From contig NC_086101.1 of assembly GCF_963921235.1 (NCBI RefSeq), forward strand, positions 3,660,001 through 3,724,000: DNA of 64,000 nucleotides, in the 5' to 3' direction. The position numbers were made by a program, and so were the translations under genes. This stretch comes from Mobula hypostoma (taxonomy: Eukaryota). Of the stretch, positions 25,040 through 36,000 are shown in pieces. The notes below the pieces were generated by a model. It had not been told where the DNA came from. It worked only from the letters and a program-made list of their open reading frames with translations, and ran no database searches. Each line of letters starts with the position of its first letter. The first letter of the stretch is position 1.

Positions 25040-25898
25040 TGTTACGTACCCCGTAACTGGGTTGCCAAACCAGCAGAAATGGATCACTCAGTTGGAGTCT
25101 GGAGTACTAGAACTAAGAAAGTTTTATTAAAGAAACAAGCAACACAGTAATCGAAAGGATAATAAATGCAACAGTTCAGCGATGATAAACACACATGTGC
25201 ACAGAATTAAGATAACAGCATCAATCAAGCTCTATCGTTGTCTAGGGGTAAATGACCAAATTTCAAAGTGACTCAAAGTTCAATCCAGTTAGTAGTTCAG
25301 TTCGCAGTAATCGTTGCTATGGCGATGGACAACGTGGGGGAAGAGAGATATAGAACAGGAACAACTGATCATTCAGAACGGCTTCACTCACAGACCGGCG
25401 AGATTGCTCACAAGCAACTTTTGGGCGGGTCCTTGGTGATGTCACCTGAGGTCACCGACTGTGACCCCTCCTCCAGATGCAGTCGATCCTCTGCAGTGAA
25501 CCCGGCACCCAGGCAAGGGCGGACACACACCGGGTTCCCGCTGATCGTACCTTTCCACCCTGGCCGTTGTCTGATACCTCTCACCCACTCGTGAGAGGCG
25601 CACCGCTTCCAGGGTCTCGTTACCTCGGGTGGCGTGTGTGTCCTGTCTTAGCGAACTGGTCCCTTTTTATCCCCCTGCTGGGGTATCGCCTGTCCATCAC
25701 TTCAAACAGTTCAGGGTTCAAAAGGGGAGCCGCTCCAGACAGCTCTCTCTCTCCCACGTCCCTTCATTACACATCTCCAGACGCGGCTCCATTGTTCCCT
25801 ATCTCTCCTTCCCCTGAGGGCAGGTGGCAGACTTGCTGATGTCACTGATGCTAACCCAGGCCAGCAAACATCTTAATTTTATGTGTATTCTCGTCACA
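25040..25898 (-). repeat. 5' LTR (859 bp)
   Basis: Near-identical to 20946-21807; by eye, one substitution and one 3-bp indel. Confidence 0.95.
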
Positions 25899-27084
25899 GA
25901 GTACAGTCAGCGTTTTAGGCTGATACCCTTCCGCAGGATCTATCAACCTCTGTCTTAAATATACACAAAGATTTGGCCTCCACAGCAATCTGTGGCAAAG
26001 AATTCCACAGATTCACCACTCGTTGGCTGTAGAAATTCTTCCTAATTGCCATTCTAAAAGGACACCCCTCTATTCTGAGGCTGTGTCTTCTGGTGTTAGA
26101 CTCTCCCACCATAGCAAACATCCTCTCCACGTCCACTGTAACCATTCGACAGGTTTCAATGAGACCTCTCATCATTCTTCTGAATTCTAGTGAATACAGA
26201 CCCAGAGCCATCAAACACTCTTCATATGACAAGCCATTCAATTCTGGAATCATTTTTGTGAAACCCGTTTGAAAACTCTCTCCTTTTTCAGCATATCCTT
26301 TCCAAGATAATGAAACTAAACCTGCTTACAATACTTCAAGTGAGGTCCCACCAGTGCTTTATAAATTTTAACATTACATCCTTTCTTTACAAGGACATCT
26401 AAGTCCCTTTGCACCTCAGTTTTCTGTATTTTCTCTCCATGAGAATCAGAGAGAGACGGGGTCAGTGGTTTTCTTTATCGGTCAGAATACCGAGTACAGG
26501 AGCTGGGACTTCCTGTTACGTGTGTACAAGACCTTGGTGCTGCCACGTTTGGAACAGTGTGTACTGTTCTGGTTACCTTGCTACAGGAGGGATGTTATTC
26601 AACTGGAGAGGGTGCAAAACAGCTTTACAAGGATGTGACTGGGACTGGAGAGCTTGGGTTAAGAGCAGAGGCAGGACAGGCTGGGACTTTCTCCCTGAAG
26701 CCGAGGAGACTGTAGAGGTGGGTGCAGTTTTAAAATACATCTTGTCAGGTACCTGGATAAGAAAGGTGTGAAGGTAGAATGGGAAAATGAAACTAGCTCT
26801 TTAAAGCAAGTTGGGCTGAAGAGCTTCTCTTTAAATCCCTGCAGTATTCACTTTGTGTGTGTTATTCGGGGAAAACTCCGCTCTCCATCCCGGAGGAGAA
26901 ACCTCGGGAAGATGCTGGTTGTCCATTCGCTGTGTTTGGGTTCAAACCCCGGGAAAGGGTCCTGTCGGCCACCCGACTGAGCCTGAGGCCCAGCGGCCTC
27001 TCCCCCGGTCCGGTCCCGGGGCCGCGCTGCCCGAGTCTCCCCCCGATCCCCGGGGACTCTCTAATTCTCTGCTTCTCCCCCCAG

Positions 27085-27617
27085 TCTCTGTCACCCTGGA
27101 TGTGGAAACGGCGAATCCGCGGCTCGAGGTGTCTGAGGATCGGAAGAGTGTGAGATGGACCGGGACCCGGAGGGATCTCCCTGACACCGGGAAGAGGTTC
27201 ACACACTGGGCTTGTGTGCTGGGATCGGAGGGATTCACATCGGGGAGACATTACTGGGAGGTGGAGGTGACGGGGAATCGGCGCTGGTATCTGGGAGTCG
27301 CCGCAGAGTCTGTGGAGAGGAAGAGATTGTTGAGACTGAGTCCGGAGACCGGATTCTGGACCATCAGGCAGTTTGATGACGAGATGAAGGTTCTCACCTC
27401 CCCTGAGTCCCGTCTCCCCGACGGTCCCATCCCCGGGAGGGTGGGAGTTTATCTCCGTTACCAGTCCGGGACAGTTTCATTTTACAACGCGGAGACCAAG
27501 TCCCATCTCCACACCTTCACTGGGAATAAATTCACGGAGAAACTTTATCCTTTCTTCTGGACTGGGAATAAAAACGAGTGTCTGAGAATCTGCTCCGGTT
27601 CCGCTCCGGGTCTGTAA
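27085..27617 (+). CDS. TRIM copy 1 exon 6: PRY/SPRY (B30.2) domain to the stop codon
   Basis: CTTCTCCCCCCAG|TC TCT; VTLDVETANPRLEVSEDRKSV...CVLGSEGFTSGRHYWEVEV...RVGVYL...VSFYN...LYPFF; TAA at 27615-17. The six exons sum to 1416 nt = 471 aa plus stop. Confidence 0.95.
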
Positions 27618-27682
27618 ACGGGTCGGGTCCCGGGACCGGCGTCTGGAGTAAGTCAGTGTAAATATAAATGTGCGGAGAGTGA

Positions 27683-27688
27683 AATAAA
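27683..27688 (+). terminator. Candidate polyadenylation signal of TRIM copy 1
   Basis: First AATAAA after the stop codon, about 65 nt downstream. Confidence 0.4.
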
Positions 27689-28788
27689 CACGAGTTGAGA
27701 ATTATCGATCCATTAATTTTAACTCGTTCACCGCATCCGTCAACGGGACAGAAACACCGCGGATTCAGCAGCAGCCGCGGGAGCGGGTCCTGAGCTCCCC
27801 GGCTCCCCCGGGTGCTAAAGTCCACCCGCACCGGGACAGGTGAAGTGGGACAAGTGGTGGTGGTGCTGACTGGGAGAGGGAGGTCAGGGTGACTCTTGGG
27901 GAGACGGGACATGTGGCGGTGGTAACAGGCTGGGGAATCTCAGCGTGTCAGGCAGCATCTACAGAGGGAAATGGATCATGACGTTTTGGCTCGATGTCCT
28001 TCCACTGGACTGAAAGTGAGAGCGGAGATGCCCGGTGTAGGACGGTGGAGGGAAAGCCAGGGTAAGAGCTGGCAGGTGAGGGGGTGATAGACACCTGAGG
28101 GAGAGGTGGAGTGTGGAAATGTGTCAGAAGCTGGGAGGTGAGAGGTGGCAGTGACAAAGATGTTGGGCAAATGGAGAGGGTGGGTGAGGAGGGTAAAATG
28201 CTGGAGGCATTCAGCCGGTCAGTCACAATCCATGGAGTTCGTATTCCGTTGGTTTCAATGAGATTCCGCCCTCGCCCCCCGCCACCCTCCCCACCTTGCA
28301 TTCTTCTAAATCCCAGTGAGTTCAGGCCTAAAGCTGCCAAACGCTCCTCATATGTTAACAGCTTCATTCCCGGACTCATCCTGGTGAACCTCCTCTGGAC
28401 TCTCTCCAATGACAACACATCCTTTCTGAGATAAGGGGCCCAATACGTCAGGTGCAGCCTGACTCGAGTCTTATAAAGGCTCAACATTGCTCCTTGTTTT
28501 TATATTCTATTCTCCTTGAAATTAATGCATTCTTTACCATAGATTCAGCCTGTAAAATTAACCTTCTGGTAGTTTTGCACGTGGACTCCGAGGTCTGTTT
28601 GCACCTCTGATGTTTAAATTTTCTCCCCATTTAGATAATAGTCTGCACGTTTTTTCCTTTTACCAAAATGTAGTATCGTACATTTTCCAACACTGTATTC
28701 CACCTGCAGATGCTGGGATCAAAGCAACACCTTCTCCTTCCCACCCTCCCCCAACCTCCTTTATAGGGCCTCTACCCCTCCCCTCTAT

Positions 28789-28824
28789 AGTCCTGACGAA
28801 GGGTTCCGGCCCGAAACGTCGACC
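28789..28824 (+). ncRNA. Minimal hammerhead-ribozyme-like motif in a Penelope-like fragment
   Basis: GTC-CTGACGA-A-GGGT(TCCG)GCCC-GAAA-CGTC-GAC: intact core boxes, stem I GTC/GAC, stem II hairpin, palindromic ACGT in place of stem III. Confidence 0.6.
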
Positions 28825-29059
28825 GATCTTTTCCACGGATGCTGCCTGACCTGCTGAGTTCCTCCAGCGTGTTGTGAGTGTATTCCATCTGTCATTTTTC
28901 TGCCATTTGTCTTAAGTCCTGCTGCAATCGCATTGCTTTCTCAGCACTACCTACCCCTCCACCTATCTTTGTATCGTCTGTAAATTTTGCCACAAGGCTA
29001 TTAATTCTATTATCTAAATCGCTGACAATGCGACAAGTCGTGGTCCCAATACTGACCCC

Positions 29060-29286
29060 TGTTACGAACCCACAGTTTACGTTTACTGTGGACTGTCACT
29101 TTAAGAGCGCCTGAGTGAGGCGGGACTATGACGTCAGTCACAGGCTGCTGCGAACTTAAACTCATAAACAGAGAGAGAGAGAGAGAGACAGAGAGAGAGA
29201 GAGACAGAGAGAGAGAGAAACAGAGAGACAGAGAGAGACAGAGAGAGAGAGACAGAGAGAGAGAGACAGAGAGAGAGAGCGAGAGA

Positions 29287-29363
<77 letters not shown>

Positions 29364-29973
29364 GGGAAGCCGGTAGCTTCAGCTTGTCACAGCTGGGGCT
29401 TGGGACTCTCTTGGGCCCACAAGGGTGGGTTAAACATCGGCACGGAGTGCATAACGAATGTGTGACTGTCACTGTTTGGGGGTATCTTGTGGGACCACTT
29501 TTGTAGCCCTTGCCTGGGTCTGTTGTGTGGTAACCACTGGAAGACGATATTCCCGTGACGGGTCACTTTCGGTGATCATTCGGATGTGGATTTGGAACGG
29601 CAGGACGGACAGGATCTGCGGGGACTGTTATCTCGTTTTACCAACGTGGAATCTGTGGAATACTTCGTACTTACCTTGTCTCTGCGTTTCACCTTGGATT
29701 ACAAATATCTCTCTCCCATCATTTATCACGTGGATTACTGAACTTTCCTACTGAACCATCTCAAGTCTCTAAACTTTGTGCCATTAAGCTCAATGGTTCG
29801 TGAGTTATATTTACACACATATATACACATAACACTGCTAACTTTTGTTTATCTTAGTTAAGTTACTATATTATATATAGTTACTAATAAAGATAGTGGT
29901 TTTCACATCATAACCAGACTCAGTGTAAAATCCCTTGCTGCTGGTTTGTTTGAAAACGTTACAGTTCGTAACA
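29060..29973. mobile_element. Solo LTR (914 bp), Gypsy-like
   Basis: Perfect 10-bp inverted ends TGTTACGAAC/GTTCGTAACA; CCCC TSD (29056-59, 29974-77); interrupts a CR1. Confidence 0.85.
29169..29361. repeat. (GA)n/(GACA)n microsatellite inside the solo LTR
   Basis: About 190 bp of GA with interspersed CA, becoming pure at the 3' end. Confidence 0.97.
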
Positions 29974-31399
29974 CCCCCGAGGAACACCACAATTCACTGA
30001 CAGCCAACCAGAAAAAGCCCCTCTTATTCCCACTCTCTGCCTCCTGCCTGTCAGCCATTCTGCTATCCATGTCAGTATATTTCCAGTAACGCCATCGGAT
30101 TTTATCTTGTTAGCAGCCTCATGTGTGGCATGCCAGAATCAAGTCATTCTTGAAAGATCATAACCAACGCATCTGCTCTCACTTCAGCAACCTCTTTCAG
30201 AACTCTGGCATGCAGTCCATCTGGCCAAGGGGACTTATCATCTGAAGATCTTTCGGTTTGTTTAGCTCTTTTTCCTTTGTAGTAGCAATGGCACTCACTC
30301 CTGCTCCCTGACACTCACGGACCTCTGGCACGCTGCTAGTGATTCCACAGTGAGGACTGATGCACGATACCCACTAAGTTCATCTGCCATTTCTTTGCCC
30401 CCATTGCTGCCTCACCAGCATCATGTTCCAGTGGTCCAATATCAACTCTCAGCTCCCTTTTACTCTTCATAGAATTAAAAAAAAACCTTTTGTTTTCCCG
30501 CTTAATATTATTTCTTAGTCTGCCCTTGTATTGCATCTTTTCCCTTCTTCCAGCTTTTTTTGGTTGCCATATCGCTGGGCTGAGGTGTCTAGACTAAATA
30601 AACATACATATTATGTGCCGTTGTAGTTTACCGATATTCGATGTGGATTTGTTGACTTGTATGCATCAAGCCGCGGCGTCCAGATGGCGGTGGGTGGGGG
30701 CGGGTGGGGGGAGGGGTGGGGGTAGGTGGGCTTCGGGACTCTTTTTCCGTGATTGTGATCTTGTGTGTGTTTACTGTGTGTGACTGTTGCTATGTGTCTT
30801 TACACCTTGTCCCAGCAGTAACGCCGTCTCGTTTGGCTGTTCATGAGTATTCATATGTGGTTAAATGACAATTAAACTTGAATTGAGTTGAAGAGGAAGA
30901 ATGGACAGATTCTGATATTCAGGACCTTCACCGATCAGAGGAGAGAAGCACAAACCAGGATTCCGAGGGGAGAGAGAGGAAAATGGTTGGTCGGTGAGAA
31001 TTTTCTTCGTGTAGAGGTTAGGAGATACAATTGCATCCATACTCACGTTAATTATCCAATAACTTCATCTATTGATAGAATACTAACCTTAATAAACAGT
31101 AACTAACATTATTGTTCAGAAATGGATTTAAATGGATGACTCTACACGGACTGTAGCAGCTGGAGTCGCTCATTTCGCGCTTTTCAAGGACAGTCGGTGG
31201 GTAGTAAATGTTGGTCCTGCTGTTGACGCCCACATTTCGTAAACGATGAATTCTTGCCCCTGTTTTTATACTTTGACAATAAATTTACCCTACAATGATG
31301 CCCCCTGAACCGGTGTGGATGACGTCACTCTCCTCAGCTCTGAACTGATTCCAGCAGCTTTCCAGCACTCCAGCGTTTATTTATTATTTGTATCTCTGA

Positions 31400-32480
31400 C
31401 TGGACGCCTGTGACTAGTGATGTGTCCCAGGGATCGGTACTGGGTCCATTGTTGTCTGTCTTCAATATCAACGATCTGCATGATAGTGTGGTAACCAGAG
31501 TCATCAGATCGGGGCACAGTGGACAGCGAGGAAGACTATCAAAGCTTACAGCGAGATCTGGTCCAGCTGGAAAAATAGACTGAAAACGGCAGATGGAATT
31601 TAATGGAAACAAGTGAGGTGTTGCACAGACACCTCACACAAAATGCTGCAGGAACTCAGCAGGCCCGACACGTCGACTGTACTCTTTTCCATAGATACTG
31701 CCTGGCCTGCTGAGTTCCTCCAGCATTTTGTGTGTGTCACTAGTACTTACAGGGTGAATGTTAGTGCACTGAGGAGAGTTGTATAACAGAGGGATCTGGG
31801 AATACAGATCCAGAATTCCCTGAAAGTGGCGTCTCAGGTACAGGGCTTGTAAAGGAAATGTTTGGCACAGTGTCCTTTTATATATCAAAGTACCCTTAGA
31901 GTTCTGGAGTTGGGATGTTATGTTGAAGTTGCATAAGATATTAGTGAGGCCTAATTTGGAGTATTTTCTGACCTCTTGGTCACCTACCTGCAGGAAAGGT
32001 ATCAATAAGATCCAAAGACTACAGAGAAAATTTACAGGGATGTGCCAGGACGTGAGGACCTAAGCCACTGGGAAAGGTTGAATAGGTGAGGACAATTCCC
32101 TGGAGCTCAGGTGAACGAGGACCGATTTGATAGAGGTCTACTCAATTATGAGTGGAACAGTATATATCGGGTAAATACATGCAGAGTTCTCTACTCTGTT
32201 TGGATGGGACTACAACTACAGTTCACAGGTTAAGGGTGAAGGGTGAAACATGTCAGGGGAAGCTGGAGTGTTTACTGAGAGAGTGGGGCGAGTCCGGAAC
32301 GAGCTGCCTGTGGAAGTGGTTCGATTTCAATATCTAAGTTTGGGTAAGTTCATGCAACGGAAGGGTATGGTGGACTATTATCCAGGTGCAGGTCAGTGAG
32401 ACTCGGCAGAATAACAGCGCGCACAGATTAGATGGGCCGAAGGGTCAGTTTCTCTGCTGTAGTGCTCTGTGATTCGATGA
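31400..32480 (+). mobile_element. Degenerate CR1 3' half
   Basis: Relics of GVPQGSVLGPLL and WQMEFN; interrupted by a palindromic Penelope fragment at 31635-31734. Confidence 0.7.
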
Positions 32481-32683
32481 CTATTTACAGAAACTGTTCT
32501 TTTACACATTGTATTTGTCTATCTATAATAAACAAATTACCCAAAATTCTATTGTATTTACTTATTTCGCTGTAAACACTGACAAGGAAATGAATTTCAA
32601 GGTGATACATCGTGACGTCTGCGCACTTTGATAATAAATTGACTTTGCTCCAGCAGAGTCGCGGCATTTCGAGCCTGCCGTTC

Positions 32684-32715
32684 CTGCAGTACCGGTTCAC
32701 AGCAGCAGGTGGCGA
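32684..32715 (+). promoter_or_regulatory. CTCF-like bipartite site
   Basis: CTGCAGTACC-N8-GCAGCAGGTGGCGA (upstream module plus core) in a small CpG-rich patch. Confidence 0.55.
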
Positions 32716-32750
32716 TCCTGCGCCGTGAAACTGCACCGATACTTTATAAT

Positions 32751-35527
32751 TATAGAAACCGTAGAAAAACTACAGCACAGAAACAGGCCTTTTTCAGTGG
32801 AAAAAGCCTGCTTGCATTCACTCTATCTATACCCATCATAATTTTATATACCTCTATCAAATCTCCTCTCATTCTTCTACGCTCCAGGGAATAAAGTCCT
32901 AACCTATTCAACCTTTCTCTGTAACTGAGTTTCTCAAGTCCCGGCAACATCCTTGTAAACTTTCTCTGCACTCTTTCAACCTTATTTATATCCTTACTGT
33001 AATTTGATGACCAAAACTGAACACAATACTCCAGATTCGGCCTCACCAATGCCGTATGCAACCTCACCATAACATTCCAGCTCTTATACTCAATACTTTG
33101 ATTAATAAAGGCCAATGTACCAAAAGCTCTCTTTACGACCCGATCTACCTGTGACGCCACTTTTAGGGAATGTTGTATCTGTATTCCCAGATCCCTCTGT
33201 TCTACTGCACTCCTCAGAGCCTTACCATTTACCCTGGTTTATCCTTCCAAAGTGCAATACCTCACACTTGTCTGTATTAAACTCCATCTGCCATTTTTCA
33301 GCCCATTTTTCCAGCTGGTCCAAATCCCTCTGCAAGCTTTGAAAACCTTCCTCCCTGTCCACTACACCTCCAATCTTTGTATCATTAGCAAAATTGCTGA
33401 TCCAATTTATCACATTATCATCCAGATCATTGATATAGATGACAAATAACAATGGACCCAGCACTGATCCCTGTGGCACACCACTAGTCACAGGCCTCCA
33501 CTCAGAGAAGCAATTCTCTACCACCACTCACTGGCTTCTTCCATCGAGCCAATGTCTAATCCAATTTACCACCTCTCCATGTATACCTAGCGACTGAATT
33601 TTCCTAACTAACCTCCCATGCGGGACCTTGTCAAAGGCCTTACTGAAGTCCATGTAGACAATATCCACTGCCTTCCCTTCATCCACTTTCCTGGTAAACT
33701 CCTCGAAAAACTCCAATAGATTGGTCAACATGACCTACCACGCACAAAGCCATATTGACTCTCCCTAATAAGCCCCTGTCTATCCAAATACTTGCAGATT
33801 CAGTCTCTTAGTACTCCCTCCAATAACTTACCCACTACCAACGTCAAACTTACCGGCCTATAATTTCCCCGATTACTTTTCGATCCTTTTTTAAACAACG
33901 GAACAACATGAGCCATTCTCCAATCCTCCGGCACCTCACCCGTAGACACCGACATTTTAAATACATCTGCCAGGGCCCCTGCAATTTCAACACTAGTCTC
34001 CTTCAAGGTCCGAGGGAATACCCTGTCAGCTCCTGGGGATTCATCCACTTTAATTTTCCTCAAGACAGCAAGCACCTCCTCCTTTTCAATCTGTACAGTT
34101 TCCATGATTTCATTACTTGTTTCCCTTAACTCCATAGACTTCATGCTAGTTTCCTTAGTAAAGACAGACGCAAAAAAACCATTTAAGATCTCCCCCATTT
34201 CTTTTCGTTCCGCACATAGGCGACCACTCTGATCTTCAAGAGGACCAATTTTATCCCTTACAGTCATTTTACTCTTAATATACCTGTAAAAGCTCTTTGG
34301 ATTATCCTTCACTTTGACTGCCAAGGCAATCTCATGTCTTCTTTAAGCGCTCATGATTTCCGTCTGAAGTATTTACTTGCGCTTTTTACACTCCTCAAGC
34401 ACCTTATTTACTTCCTGTTTCCTATACATGTCATACCGCGCTCTCTTCTACTTTATCAGAGTTGCAATATCCCTTGAGGACCAGGGTTCCCTATTCCTTT
34501 TCAATTTGCCTTTAATCCTGACAGGAACATACAAACTTTGCACCCTCAAAATTTCTCCTTTGAAAGCTTCCCACTTACCGATCACATCTTTGCCAGAGAA
34601 CAACCTGTCCCAATCCACGCTTTTTCGATCCTTTCTCATTTCTTCAAATTTGAACATTTTTCCAGTTTAGAACCTCAACCCTAGGACCAGATCTATCCTT
34701 GTCCATGATCAAGTTGAAACTAATGGTGTTATGATCACTGGAACCAAAGTGCTCTCCTACACAGACTTCTGTCACTTGTCCTAACTCGTTTCCTAATAGG
34801 AGATCTAATATTGCATCCTCTCCAGTTGGTCCCTCTATATATTGATTTAGAAAACTTTCCTGAACACATTTTACAAACTCTAAACCATCTAGACCCCTAA
34901 CAGTATGGGAGTCCCGATCAATGTATGGAAAATTAAAATCCCCTACCACCACAACTTTATGTTTCCTGCAGTTGCCTGTTATCTCTCTACAGATTTGCTC
35001 CTCCAATTCTCGCTGACGACTGGGTGGTCTATAATACAAGCCCACTAATGTGGCCGTACCTTTCCTGTTTCTCAGCTGCACCCATAAGGACTCAGTAGAC
35101 AAGCCCTTTAATCTGTCCTGCCTGAGCACTGCTGTAATATTTTCCCTGACAAGCAATACTGCCCCCCCGCCCACAACAGCTTTCATTCCTCTGCCTCCAT
35201 CACATCTGAAACATCGGAACCCTGGAATATTAAGCTGCCACTCCTGCCCCTCCTGTAGCCAAGTTTCACTAATTGCTACAACGTCATAATTCCACGTGTC
35301 AATCCACGCCCTCAACTCATCCGCCTTCCCCGCAATACTCCTAGCATTGAAATATATACACCTCAGAAGATTTTACCACCACTCACAACCTTTCTATTTG
35401 TGGCTTTGCTTGAACTTTTAACATCATTTATTTACACCCCAGCCCCACTGTCAGCTCTGGCACTCTGGTTCCCATCCCCCTGCAAATCTAGATTAAAGCC
35501 TCCCCAATAGCACTAACAAACCTCCCG
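32751..35527 (-). mobile_element. CR1 LINE, most of ORF2 (endonuclease plus RT), frameshifted; same subfamily as 2770-4362
   Basis: ORFs 34644..35315 (YDVVAISETWL, GDFNFP, SSDH), 33800..34324, 33528..33731, 33222..33527 and 32750..33160. Confidence 0.92.
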
Positions 35528-35968
35528 TTTGTCGCCAAACAATTGATATTAGAACGTACAATCATCATAGCGATATTCGATTCTGCGCTTCCCGCTCCCT
35601 GGATCTTCCGGCTTTTCATCATCCTCATCCTCACATTGATCGCGGCACTGCAATGAACTGAACTTTCTCACATTAATCAGCTGCATTGGCGGAGTCCTGA
35701 ATTCAGGACATTCACAAAGATGAACCACTGCTTTACAAAGCGTAGAACATCAGACGGGAGAAAAAGCGGATGTTGGAAAAATCAATAAACTTCCCACCTT
35801 CCACACCCATCTTCACTTTAAGGACAGGCACGTAATCAGACCTCGCCAGTCACCCTTGGCTCCACACACAGACACTGATCCTGAAGCGGACCTTTCTATC
35901 CCGAGTTATAGTTTTGTTTAAATTCCTCCAAGACTCACCTTTACAAATCTGAGAGGCTGCCGGAGAAG

Positions 35969-36000
35969 GTGCATTTCCCTGTGCGGCCAGCAGGTGGGGG
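35969..36000 (+). promoter_or_regulatory. CTCF-like bipartite site
   Basis: GTGCATTTCC-N8-CCAGCAGGTGGGGG. Confidence 0.5.

Larger units (their letters stand above)
20946..25898 (-). mobile_element. Non-autonomous Gmr1-like Ty3/Gypsy LTR retrotransposon, antisense in TRIM intron 5
   Basis: Two TG...CA LTRs; GAGT TSD (20942-45, 25899-902); PBS and PPT; gag with CCHC knuckle, protease, and integrase and RT relics. Confidence 0.93.
28245..30570 (-). mobile_element. Degenerate CR1 LINE interrupted by a Penelope fragment and a solo LTR
   Basis: LSLYKTRVRLHL...LERVQRRFTRM peptide; CR1 sequence continues across the 29060-29973 insertion. Confidence 0.7.

Noticed and set aside
26853..27084. N-terminal part of the 254-aa ORF as a standalone SPRY protein
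   Set aside because: Non-ATG start. A strong acceptor at 27084 in the correct phase shows this part is intron.
29128..29472. RE-rich and SL-rich ORFs
   Set aside because: Translations of the (GA)n microsatellite.
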